A DNA stretch of 63,394 bases, the filler included, from Craspedostauros australis (taxonomy: Eukaryota): NCBI GenBank assembly GCA_030167865.1. It is 8 parts of 8 records of this genome, joined end to end, with 100 filler letters (N's around TTAATTAATTAA, not from the genome) between each part and the next. Parts side by side here need not be neighbours in the genome. Positions count along the whole stretch, not along the records: positions 30,577 to 36,577 come from JALAGF010006438.1; positions 36,678 to 42,543 come from JALAGF010006439.1; 6 more parts are not named here. One strand, 5' to 3'. The stretch's first letter is position 1, and each line of letters starts with the position of its first letter. The notes below the pieces were generated by a model. The model did no database searches. It was given only the letters and a program-made list of their open reading frames with translations, and was not told where the DNA came from. Position numbers and translations under genes: made by a program. Below are positions 31,914 through 42,643 of this stretch, in pieces.

Positions 31914-32928
31914 TTAGTCATGACCCATTTGCTGTCGGGCTGTGGCCAGCGCCTTGTCGGCGTCGAATGCTGGATAGCCGTTAGAGAGCTCGATTTGGGT
32001 GATGACCACCACTGCATGAAGGGCTGTGTGATGCTTGTCCACGTGGTGACGCCACTTCTGCCCCAAACAGCCCCACTGCTTCAATCTGCCGTTAATCGTT
32101 TCATGGCGAGCACAAAGAATGCCATCCGCTTTGTATGTCGGAGGAAATACTTTGTCATCTCCTCTGTAGCTGTTATCAGCAATCATGACCTTGTCTGCCC
32201 GAATTGCTTGCTTGAGGTCAGAGCGGAAGATGGACAGGTCATTCTTGTATCCACACGGAAAGGGGCCATTCACCCAAACAATGTCTCCTCTACTGATGGA
32301 AACAGCCACTTCATACCTAACACCAGCAGCTTTGAACTTGTATGAGAACCACACTCTGTTGAACGGTTTGGGGTCGTTAGTGCGAAAGTCAGTGCCGTCT
32401 ACAGTTAAGAAAGCGCTGCCATCTCTGTCTGCATCGATGAAGCGATTGTCTAGGTCGATCTGTAGGCAAACAAGATGGATACGATCAGTCACGAATGGAA
32501 ATTGTGAGTGAGTCGTGGTAGGCGAAAAAAGAGAGTTCGCATCGTTCGGGCTTCTCATGTGCTGCACTTACGATGTCATGACGCAACTCGGCAACCGCTC
32601 GGGCCATGACCCACGCCCACTTGCGGAAAGTTTTCGCGCTGGTGTTCATCATCCGCGCCACCACTGTCTCCGCCAAATACATTCGGAGGAACGCGCACAT
32701 CCAAAGGAGGTGCTTCGGCTTTGCATCGAAGGGGAGAAGACCTGTGCCAATCAGGTCTTCCCAGAGGAGGTGAGTGATCGATGGATCCGTGCCAAACATT
32801 CCACGAAACTCTCGCAGCTGTGAGTCATTCAGTTTGTTGGCATCATGACGGTCCATGTCGCGTCCCATCAACAAAAAGCCTTCCACTGCGAATTCACCTG
32901 CGTAGCTGCCCTGCGACACGACATCCAT
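31914..32928 (-). mobile_element. PIF/Harbinger (IS5-like, DDE_Tnp_4-type) transposase gene, 2 exons (32928-32572, 32459-31914), probably decaying
   Basis: HTH-like exon (PKHLLW..FLRMY..KTFRKWAW). Catalytic exon has VDGTDF, SYKF..GVRYEV, GPFPCG..ND, IADNSY, ARHETINGRLK. Phase-0 intron GTAAGT...TACAG. TIRs were not found. Confidence 0.8.
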
Positions 32929-35900
32929 GTCTGTGAGTCTTGTGTTGGCGCTGCTTCGACTACGTGGAGTACAAGTTGGTGCAGAGTTGTTCCAAGACAG
33001 CGTTTTTGTGTGATGACAGCGACAACGGCGAGTCCACTGGTCGTGGAGGGAGTGTCTGGGCTCCATCTCGTTGTCGCCAGCGTTGTACACTGTCGACTAC
33101 AACATAGTCTACAAATTAGCTCCTCCAGTTTGTGCCAACTAGTAGCATGTCGGTGTGGCATGCGCTGTACAAGTAGTGCTTCACCCTCCCATGACTTCGA
33201 TTGCATCGGATGGTGTTTCATGTCCCACTTGATGTAATCCGTCTCTACTGTGTGGCTTACATGTGGCTACAACAATGCAATTTGCAACAGCCACGGTTGT
33301 AGACATACTAGAGCAACGCGCGATGCATTGGACTGTCTGCTGTACGCATGCCAATAGAGGAATGATTGTGGCATGGTGCGACCTATACAAGCATACAAAC
33401 GTGCCTACATAGTGAAGCTACGGTTATCATTAGGGATCTGTTGTCCTCCAATGCAATGCAGGACTTATACAGTATGAAAGGTAGACTGCTTCACTCAACT
33501 TCGTTGCAGCAGTCCATGCTGTCGGCTTGCTTGTCGCGTTCGATCAACACGTGACGATCAAACGACCGCGCATTTGGGTTCCGGGCGTGCGCTGCAGCGG
33601 GGTGCGTGACTTGAGTGGGACGCGGGAACGCGAAGAGAAACGAAGAACGTGCCTTCTCGTGGTGGAGCTTTTTAGGCATGCAGCGCAGTTCGTGACCTTC
33701 ATCAGGTAGGGAATTTACATCAGTTCTACGTGGGGATGTGGAAAGATTCCCATCCAACATGGAAATACTACGAGGTCGAACAGAATTGTATTATAATTTA
33801 ATTTAAATTATAATTCCGGCCCTCTCCCCCCAGCAATTCCACCAAAAAAGGGAAAAACCTCACACTGCCGTCATGGTCACATGAAGAATACGTTGAGAAT
33901 TCCAAAATAATTTAAATTATAATTCCGGGTGGAATTACAATTTATTTCTTTGGGAAGGAGGAACAATCCCTTCAACAATGAAGTGGGATTTCATTTAACT
34001 ATTGTACAGGGAGGAGCTCTTGCTGGCACTTGCGTCGATAGTGTTGTGCGACCCGCCATCGTCTACGTGGGACACCGCTGAACAAATGCCATGTAATATG
34101 CTACATAGAGGTTGGACTTTATTAGTTCCGCTGGAAGTACAGAACGAAGCGGGAATACCATGACTATTACCACCAGTACTATCAGGCAGGCAGGCAGGCA
34201 GGCCAATACACAACTCGTTTGTTTGTACCGCAAATGAGACCGTGTGCACATCAGGATGCACCACAAGAGTGTTTGGTGGAAAGGAGACACAAAACAGAAA
34301 CATGGCTAAGCCTAAACGTTGGGTATGACCCGTGTGAGTCAATAGCGGTGCGGTCCCTCCAGGATTCTTTGATTTTGGACCTTTAATTCAGATGAAACTT
34401 GGCACAAATACACTTTAACATACTTAGATTCATAATCCGAGATTAAAGCTCCAGGAAGGTCTTACTTATAAAGTTATGAGGTGATGAAGTTGGGCAGGCT
34501 ACCTCTAATGGAGCCCACGATCTGTCGTGTTGTTTTTCTCGAGTTTGGGACTATCTCATGACATTTTGGTTTGTTCACGAGTTCGAGAATCGGTTTTTGG
34601 TGGTCGGAGGCAAAACTTGATGCCGATTGCCGCACAGACGGGCAGACGACAAAATTTGTGGGCGCTCACAACATGGTCAACTCGCGGTGTCAACGTGTGC
34701 AGTTGCCCCAACTGCTCTTCCCCTCCTCATTCTCGTTTCACTGCGTACAGGATTATGATGGTGAAGGCGGTACTTCCAATGGACAGGGGGTAATCGAGTA
34801 TAATAGCTTCTGAAAGAGCGAGGCGACGATGGAGAATGGGGTTGACATCCTCAGTCTCGTGCATCGCCGTGTTGTACTGTGGCGAATGTCCTTGTTCACA
34901 TGTGTTCGATCTCAGTCGTCCAATTCAACCCTTGTCGAAGAAATCGTCCCAAGTGTTTGAAGGAAATCATATATGAAGTATTGAAGTACATGTAGTCTTC
35001 TGGGTGGCAGTGAGTAAGCTGGAGAAGAAGCAATGGTGGAACCCCTTTAGTCACCNNNNNNNNNNNNNNNNNNNNNNNNNNNNNNNNNNNNNNNNNNNNN
35101 NNNNNGATGGTGAAGGCGGTACTTCCAATGGACAGGGGGTAATCGAGTATAATAGCTTCTGAAAGAGCGAGGCGACGATGGAGAATGGGGTTGACATCCT
35201 CAGTCTCGTGCATCGCCGTGTTGTACTGTGGCGAATGTCCTTGTTCACATGTGTTCGATCTCAGTCGTCCAATTCAACCCTTGTCGAAGAAATCGTCCCA
35301 AGTNTTTGAAGGAAATNANNTATGAAGTATTGAAGTACATGTAGTCTTCTGGGTGGCAGTGAGTAAGCTGGAGAAGAAGCAATGGTGGAACCCCTTTAGT
35401 CACCATAAATTCAAAGCGGGAGAGGCCATTTTAAATATTGGCTCGCTTAACCCTCATTAACGTTACTCGTGTTTCATGGCAACGATCTACGCAATTTCGA
35501 CTACTGAGAAATGTGAACGTTTGAAATTCAAATTTGAAAATATCCGTTGGTACTTGTATTTTATCATTGACATTTGTCAAACGTCATCAGCAGTATTCCT
35601 TGTCCAATCACTTCGTCTCATTATCATGACGTATGTATGCGGGTACACGGACAGACAGTATCTGGTTCTCGCAAAGCATTCGAACGCAACAAATTCAACG
35701 CATGGTTTGGTGGGAGGCGTTGGGTGGACCAACAGATTCGTCCCAACAACACCATCCACCACAGAAACTGAACAACAACACAATTGCATCCAGCACAGCA
35801 AGTCAACCAGGGCCGCAGGTCAACCTCACCATCAACAACGACTCCATTGTGGCTGTCGAAGATATGCTCAGTGTGTGCTGAGCAGAATGACACTGCGTAG

Positions 35901-36621
35901 TTCAGTATCGACAGCATCGTCGACGACCATGAGACACCACCATCTCATGAACACACCAGCGGAGAAATCTACCAAGCTACTCCACCAACGCCTACTGCAG
36001 CATCGTCAGCGGATGCAGCAACCATTATTAGCTCAAACTAGTATTCCTATTAGTCGTGTTAAGATTTAGTCGAGTTAGTCAAATGACCAACTGCTCAGAG
36101 TTTGAGCGGGATTGAAGTGTGACTCGATGTCGGTGGGATGGGGTCCCACCCTCGAATCGTGCTCTACTTAAGACGATGTCGCGTGTCCGCTGAATTTTGG
36201 GTTTGGGCGATCGGGCCATCCCACGCCACTTATGGGCGTGACATGACCTGTCCAGAACGGACAATCGGGTCAAACCGTTGGNTGAANCTTGTTCCCCCAA
36301 ATTGATCGGAAGAGAGTGAACAACAAACTCTCTCTCCGACNGTCACGAAATTGATGTCTCCTCTTGGAAATGGCAACATCGACACCGCGATGATTGCACG
36401 TACGGAGACTCAACGCTCCACTATACTACTACTAATAGAGATGTTGCAGATCCAACTATAATGGATGCTGCACATCACATGCTCACAATCCAATTGAAAG
36501 TCTCATTTGGATTCGTACAGCTCTAAAGACTAAGACACACTCTTGCAATCAAACTCACCAACCTACTGCACTACCACNNNNNNNNNNNNNNNNNNNNNNN
36601 NNNNNNNNNNNNNNNNNNNNN

Positions 36622-36633
36622 TTAATTAATTAA
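36622..36633. other. Artificial contig-join linker
   Basis: TTAATTAATTAA within an N run. Confidence 0.97.
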
Positions 36634-36677
36634 NNNNNNNNNNNNNNNNNNNNNNNNNNNNNNNNNNNNNNNNNNNN

Positions 36678-37814
36678 TGCTAACCCTGTGAAGCGAGTCT
36701 GCCTCTACGTTGGCAACGTGCGTGGTGCACTCAAGATTGCAGAGGGTCCACGTCCGAGCATGGATCAGGCAGCTGGTATGGATGGCAATCCATTCCAGGA
36801 TTACCACCACACCAACGGGCTCGCAGAGGTTGCGGTCGACAGGTTGGATACCCAAAAGCGTGTCCTTGGCAACNTCATGGCGAGCGTTGAAGAGATCAGG
36901 TCTACCGTCCTGGCCAACCAGGTCAAGAGCAACAGGACGGAGACGAAGCAGGACNTGATGGAGACGAAGCTGGACAGGATNGAAAANAAGCTCGACGCCC
37001 TCTTCGATCTTCTTACGAAGAACAGCAACCATCAACCTCCCATCATCGATCCGGTACCAGCAGCAACTGTGCCGATCAATGTGCCTATGCCAATCAATGT
37101 GCCTGTGCCAATCAATGCGACTGTGCCAATCAATGCGACTGTGCCAACCAATGTGCCCGTGCCAATCAATGTGCCCGTGACAACCGCAGAACCTGAACCA
37201 GCAGCACCACCCACACCACCCACAGAACCTGCACCAACCGCAACATTCGCGCCAATGGAGGTCGNNNNNNNNNNNNNNNNNNNNNNNNNNNNNNNNNNNN
37301 NNNNNNNNNNNNNNNNNNNNNNNNNNNNNNNNNNNNNNNNNNNNNNNNNNNNNNNNNNNNNNNNNNNNNNNNNNNNNNNNNNNNNNNNNNNNNNNNNNNN
37401 NNNNNNNNNNNNNNNNNNNNNNNNNNNNNNNNNGCAGTCCTCACTAGACAAATCCGCACGTTGGAGCGGCTTTGGGAGGAGTACTTCGTGGGGATGAGGG
37501 GGTTGATTCCGGCGAAGGACATGGGAAAGGCCCTCCAGGACAACATCAATAAGTCCACCTTCGGGCGTCGCAGGTACATTTGGGAGGAGTTCGACCGTCT
37601 CGCTGAGAGAGGCATCGTCGGACAACAAGACGTTTGTCTCCACATCCGCAACGAGTTCGGCAACAAGGCCACCATGGGCCAATTGAACTCCCTCATTCTT
37701 GAGAGGGAGAGAGACGTGGGAAACAAACCAACCCGACAAAGCAAAGCGAGACAAGCAATCAAAGCAACCAAAGCTGCCAACGACAGCAACAGCGTCAACA
37801 GGATGGAGCTTTGA
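36678..37814 (+). CDS. 3' part of a gene with coiled coil, (VPIN)n linker and C-terminal GCR1_C-like DNA-binding domain (Crypton/NDC10-type)
   Basis: After the gap the frame reads VLTRQIRTLERLWEEYFVGMRGLIPAKD...TFGRRRYIWEEF, resembling the GCR1_C pattern T..LW.E(W/Y)..G..G.P...F.RR..I. Tandem GTGCCAATCAAT repeats at ~37066-37180. Confidence 0.55.
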
Positions 37815-38019
37815 GAGAATGAACATCAGGATCCATGATGAACTACAGCCCGTATTGGGCGTAGAGTAGTCATGGATCATTCTAGTAAACGTACAATATA
37901 GCAATTGTGATACAGTGAATTCTGCTGTGTCTCGCGTGGTGTTTGGGTGTGCTTCTCTGTGTGTGTCGGTGCTGGTACGCAGTGATTCGAATCGTGTGTC
38001 GACTTTCGGTCCAAAACAG

Positions 38020-40040
38020 AAACGATCGGGTGTGTGATCAGAATCAAGGAGAGCGAGGATGTCCGCGACGATCGGAGAAACTTTTGTTGCGGATTGGACA
38101 TGCATTTTTGATTCCGTCATCTNNNNNNNNNNNNNNNNNNNNNNNNNNNNNNNNNNNNNNNNNNNNNNNNNNNNNNNNNNNNNNGTGATCACAAAACTTC
38201 GATGACGATTCGATTCGGAGTACTTCGCACAAACAAAAAAGCATGATGCGCACAGCCATCACAGAGCGTTTTCGCGACTGCTCACCACAACATCATCGCT
38301 ATTGTACTGATAACACTATGCTACTATACTAAGGTACTCCACCACGACGCTACTACACTNNNNNNNNNNNNNNNNNNNNNNNNNNNNNNNNNNNNNNNNN
38401 NNNNNNNNNCTATTGTACTGATAACACTATGCTACTATACTAAGGTACTCCACCACGACGCTACTACACTACTACACTACTACACTACTACACGATCGAT
38501 GTGATTTTAATGATGTCCAACTCATCCTCGTCACCACATCATCACGATGTGATGCGCAATACGATGGCATAACGAATACGAGGAGAGTGCACTTTTTATG
38601 TTATAACATATAATTCAGACAATCATAGTGTGATACCTGTGAGGAATGGTGTTTCTCTCATGGTCGTGTGCTTTCTCTGCTTTGGATTGTGTTACATGCG
38701 ACAGGAATCGGCCATGATGTCCCAGAACTGAGGAGAGTGAGGATGCGCACGGCGATTGGAGGAGTTTTGTTGTGGATCCGATCCGAGTTTTGTGTGTCGC
38801 TGTCGTCTCTTTTTTTCGTCATCGTTCGTCCATGGGTCGACTCCAGAAAATGGCGGACAAAAGCATGACGCGCACAGCCATCACAGCGTTTTCGTGACTG
38901 CTCACCACAACATCATCGCTATTGTACTGATAACACTATGCTACTATACTAAGGTACTCCACCACGACGCTACTACACTNNNNNNNNNNNNNNNNNNNNN
39001 NNNNNNNNNNNNNNNNNNNNNNNNNNNNNCTATTGTACTGATAACACTATGCTACTATACTAAGGTACTCCACCACGACGCTACTACACTACTACACTAC
39101 TACACTACTACACTACTACACTACTACACGATCGATGTGATTTTAATGATGTCCAACTCATCCTCGTCACCACATCATCGTGATGTGATGCGCAATACGA
39201 TGGCATAACGAATACGAGGAGAGTGCACTTTTTATGTTATAACATATAATTCAGACAATCATAGTATGATGCCTGTTAGGAATGACATTTCTCTCATGGT
39301 CGTGTGCTTTCTCTGCTTTGGATTGTGTTACATGCGACAGGAATCGGCCATGATGTCCCAGAACTGAGGAGAGTGAGGATGCGCACGGCGATTGGAGGAG
39401 TTTTGTTGTGGATCCGGTTCGAGTTTTGTGTGTCGCCATCGTCTCTTTTTTTCGTCATCGTTCGTCCATGGGTCGACTCCAGAAAATGGCGGACAAAAGC
39501 ATGGCGCGCACAGCCATCACAGAGCGTTTTCGCGACTGCTCACCACAACATCATCGCTATTGTACTGATAACACTATGCTACTATACTAAGGTGCTCCAC
39601 CACGACGATAATACGCTACTACGCTACTACACTACTACACTACTACGCTACTACACTACTACACTACTACACTACTACACGATCGATGTGATTTTAATGA
39701 TGTCCAACTCATCCTCGTCACCACATCATCACGATGTGATGCGCAATACGATGGCATAACGAATACGAGGAGAGTGCACTTTTATGTTATAACATATAAT
39801 TCAGACAATCATAGTGTGATACCTGTGAGGAATGACATTTCTCTCATGGTCGTGTGCTTTCTCTGCTTTGGATTGTGTTACATGCGACAGGAATCGGCCA
39901 TGATGTCCCAGAACTGAGGAGAGTGAGGATGCGCACGGCGATTGGAGGAGCTTTGTTGTGGATCCGGTTCGAGTTTTGTGTGTCTCCGTCGTCTCTTTTT
40001 TCCGTCATCTTTCGCCCATGGGTCGACTCCAGAAAATGGT
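38020..40040. repeat. ~550-bp tandem repeat (3 close copies plus 1 diverged partial) containing a (CTACACTA)n microsatellite
   Basis: CTCATGGTCGTGTGCTTTCTC recurs at ~38657, 39293 and 39843; GCACAGCCATCACAG at ~38250, 38872 and 39507. Copies differ by substitutions. Confidence 0.88.
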
Positions 40041-40469
40041 CGACTGCAGTGTGGGGAGTAGAGCAGGACGAAAAGGAGACACCAATCGAGCGGAGCACCG
40101 ATACGACCGACATATCAGCGCTGCTCCAAGCTCAATGGATTGTGTCCCACCCCATTGTACATAATTGAGCGGATCAGCTACAGTGTAGGCAGACAGATGA
40201 GACTTGACCAGAGTGGAATGAGGACGCGAACGAGCAGGGCGACCCATGTATGGGTAGTGCCATCATTGAACGTGATTGTTACTATTGATTGTTTGTGTTC
40301 GGGCTATTGGCCATTTCCAGAGGGCGCACATCATCAGGAATCCGTAGTGGGAGCAGGATGATTGATTGGTGTGGCGAATTTGAACGAATGTGGGGGCGGT
40401 CGCCAATATGCGTGTGATCGGTGGCATATGAAAGAGAGATGATCGCAGTATAGTATCGCAGGTATTCAG

Positions 40470-40810
40470 ATGGTCGATCATCGCACTGGAACGACGATGT
40501 CGACAAAATGGCGGGAGCGGAGTAGGGACGGAACGGTCCGGAGCGTGATGAGGAACTGCATGGAGATGAGTGGTCAGTGTGAATAGGGGGAGAGAAGGCT
40601 TGCGCGAGCACGAAGGATACTCTGTGGGAACACGTGCAGTGGCAGAAAACCAAGCAGTGGCAGAGCAGGACAAGCAAAATGAACTGGGAGGAGATGGCTG
40701 ACGTCGACGGTCATTCTATACGAGCGGCGATGCATGGGCTGGAGAATGGAAGGCGACAATGGGTGGTGAAGCACGCGGCGCATTTCGGACCGGTCGGCAG
40801 GAATATGCGC
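40470..40810 (+). pseudogene. Highly degenerate fragment of a LINE ORF2 (RNase H end and downstream region)
   Basis: HWNDDVDKMAGA resembles LNVVADKVAGA; VDGHSIRAAM..RRQWVVKH..FGPVGRNM resembles VAWPTIGRVL..KRVLVTKL..APLGKRM of copy 1. Confidence 0.5.
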
Positions 40811-41653
40811 CTGAATCCACATGACGCCTGTGTCGGCATCATTGCACTTGTGCACACATCTCAAAATATGAGCGGACTCAAGTCCACGACTGTTCCCAAG
40901 CTGGACTCAGACCTGGACAAAAAGAAACACCGATCGGTCAGTTCGCGCCAAAAGCATCGGGCCACATCCTCAGTGCGCCGAGAATGTGCTCATCCTCCAA
41001 CGCATGATATTTTTAGTGAATATATATTAGCATTTTGCTACACAGGAAACAAAAAGTGACGAGTCAATGGTTCAACTGGCTGTGGCGCATTTTTTTTGCC
41101 CATCTGGACTCCAACCTGTGAAGTGACGTCGCTCACTTTTTGCCACTTTGGAGGTGCGCGCCAGTCGCTGGCGATCGTTTTACTCTCCATCCTTGGGTGC
41201 ACTCGTCTCTCACCCACGGAACCGTCCTGCCAGGCGCGTGCATGGCTGTCACAAATGAAAGTTTTACAAATGCTTGGGCTCCTATCACCAACAATGGGTC
41301 GTGCGGTACTGTTTCCGTTCTGTTCCATTTCTCCATACGATTATTGGTGTTGTCATTGCTGTTTTCGTTCCGTGCTTGGTGCTCCACTTGTGCCATGGAA
41401 CTATGCAGCACATGTGCCAACTTTCTTGTAAAAGGGTGAAAGGCTGATTGATGATTACTTGACTGTCGTCTTCTGATTGCAGCGCGAGAGTGAGCGATGC
41501 CCTGCATGTACCGTGCGATGGCACGAGATGTCAGCTCTTGATTGTAGTAGAGCGGTGAACGTAACAGGATGACTGATGGCTCTGACGTTGCTGGTCTGAT
41601 GATCAAAGAAGGACAACGATGCTGCATGATGTTGTGTCATGCATGAGGATCTG

Positions 41654-42208
41654 GGAACCGATGTAGAGGGGCTTTCTGAGGCGGCAACAATCCAGAAAGT
41701 CCGTGGCGAAATGGTCTGGATAGCTCATATGTCGCATCTAGCGCATCGCGTGGGAGCAATGGGCAGCTCGAAACGAAGCACTTTTTGAAGGTCAAGACTC
41801 GGCTGAAGCCGGAATAAATCAAGCTCTTCGCAATAGATCAGAATCATNTCGTCTCCGCCGCGAGCACCATCGGCCCACTCACCACAGGATTCAACGGACG
41901 GCACCAACAGCAGACGCGCACATAGCGCAGGTCGCGATATGGGTCGAGCAAACGGCACAGATGTTGCATGAACCGACTGCCTCTGGCACCCTGTTTACGT
42001 GGCTGAAGCGCAGAAGACGCGCTCATCCAACCCCTGCCTAAAATGTAAAGCAGCCGCATACACGACAGCTCGCACATTCACTGAATGCATACAACAATCA
42101 ACAGATTCCGTGCTCCCTTCGTGTCCCGCGCGAAGTTGAAAGGAGGCGGAGAGAAGCGCCTCCAGCGCAGCCCCATAAGAGAGTTTGATCTTTGCATTGT
42201 TTATTTGC
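41654..42208 (+). mobile_element. 5'-truncated, decayed LINE copy (copy 4; same family as copy 1)
   Basis: Encodes IAWEQWA..AQVAIWVEQTAQMLHEPTASG.L.TWL..AHP and carries the conserved 3' UTR and a decayed ATTT tail. Flanked by TCATGCA(T/C)GAGGATCTG at 41637-41653 and 42209-42225. Confidence 0.9.
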
Positions 42209-42587
42209 TCATGCACGAGGATCTGAAGCTTCAAGGAACATGACAGACGACGTAGGATGATGGAGGGAGTTGCAATTTTNGGNGCGAGGTTGGTGATGGC
42301 NCCATTTGTTGATTGGTATCTTTCATCGAGTCNCCAGTCACGGATTANTGACNACTCCATCGACTCNNACAACTTTGCCGNATGCGTTCACAAAATACGA
42401 TCGGGCACTGTGCCATGCATGGACGTGGTCGATCGGGACGGCTCGTACTCGCATATGCCCGATGATAGTGCCGATACGCATCAAAGTATTGCTTGCGTTT
42501 TGTTGCTGTAGACTGGCTCAGATCAGCCTACATTGGTGCATCCNNNNNNNNNNNNNNNNNNNNNNNNNNNNNNNNNNNNNNNNNNNN

Positions 42588-42599
42588 TTAATTAATTAA
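42588..42599. other. Artificial contig-join linker
   Basis: TTAATTAATTAA within an N run. Confidence 0.97.
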
Positions 42600-42643
42600 N
42601 NNNNNNNNNNNNNNNNNNNNNNNNNNNNNNNNNNNNNNNNNNN

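Noticed and set aside
34346..36577. Possible DNA-transposon termini and the ORF at 35476-36069
   Set aside because: No TIR pair or TSD found, and the translation has no recognisable domain.
30577..40040. CRISPR-like interpretation of the repeat arrays
   Set aside because: No unique spacers, no cas genes, and a eukaryotic context.
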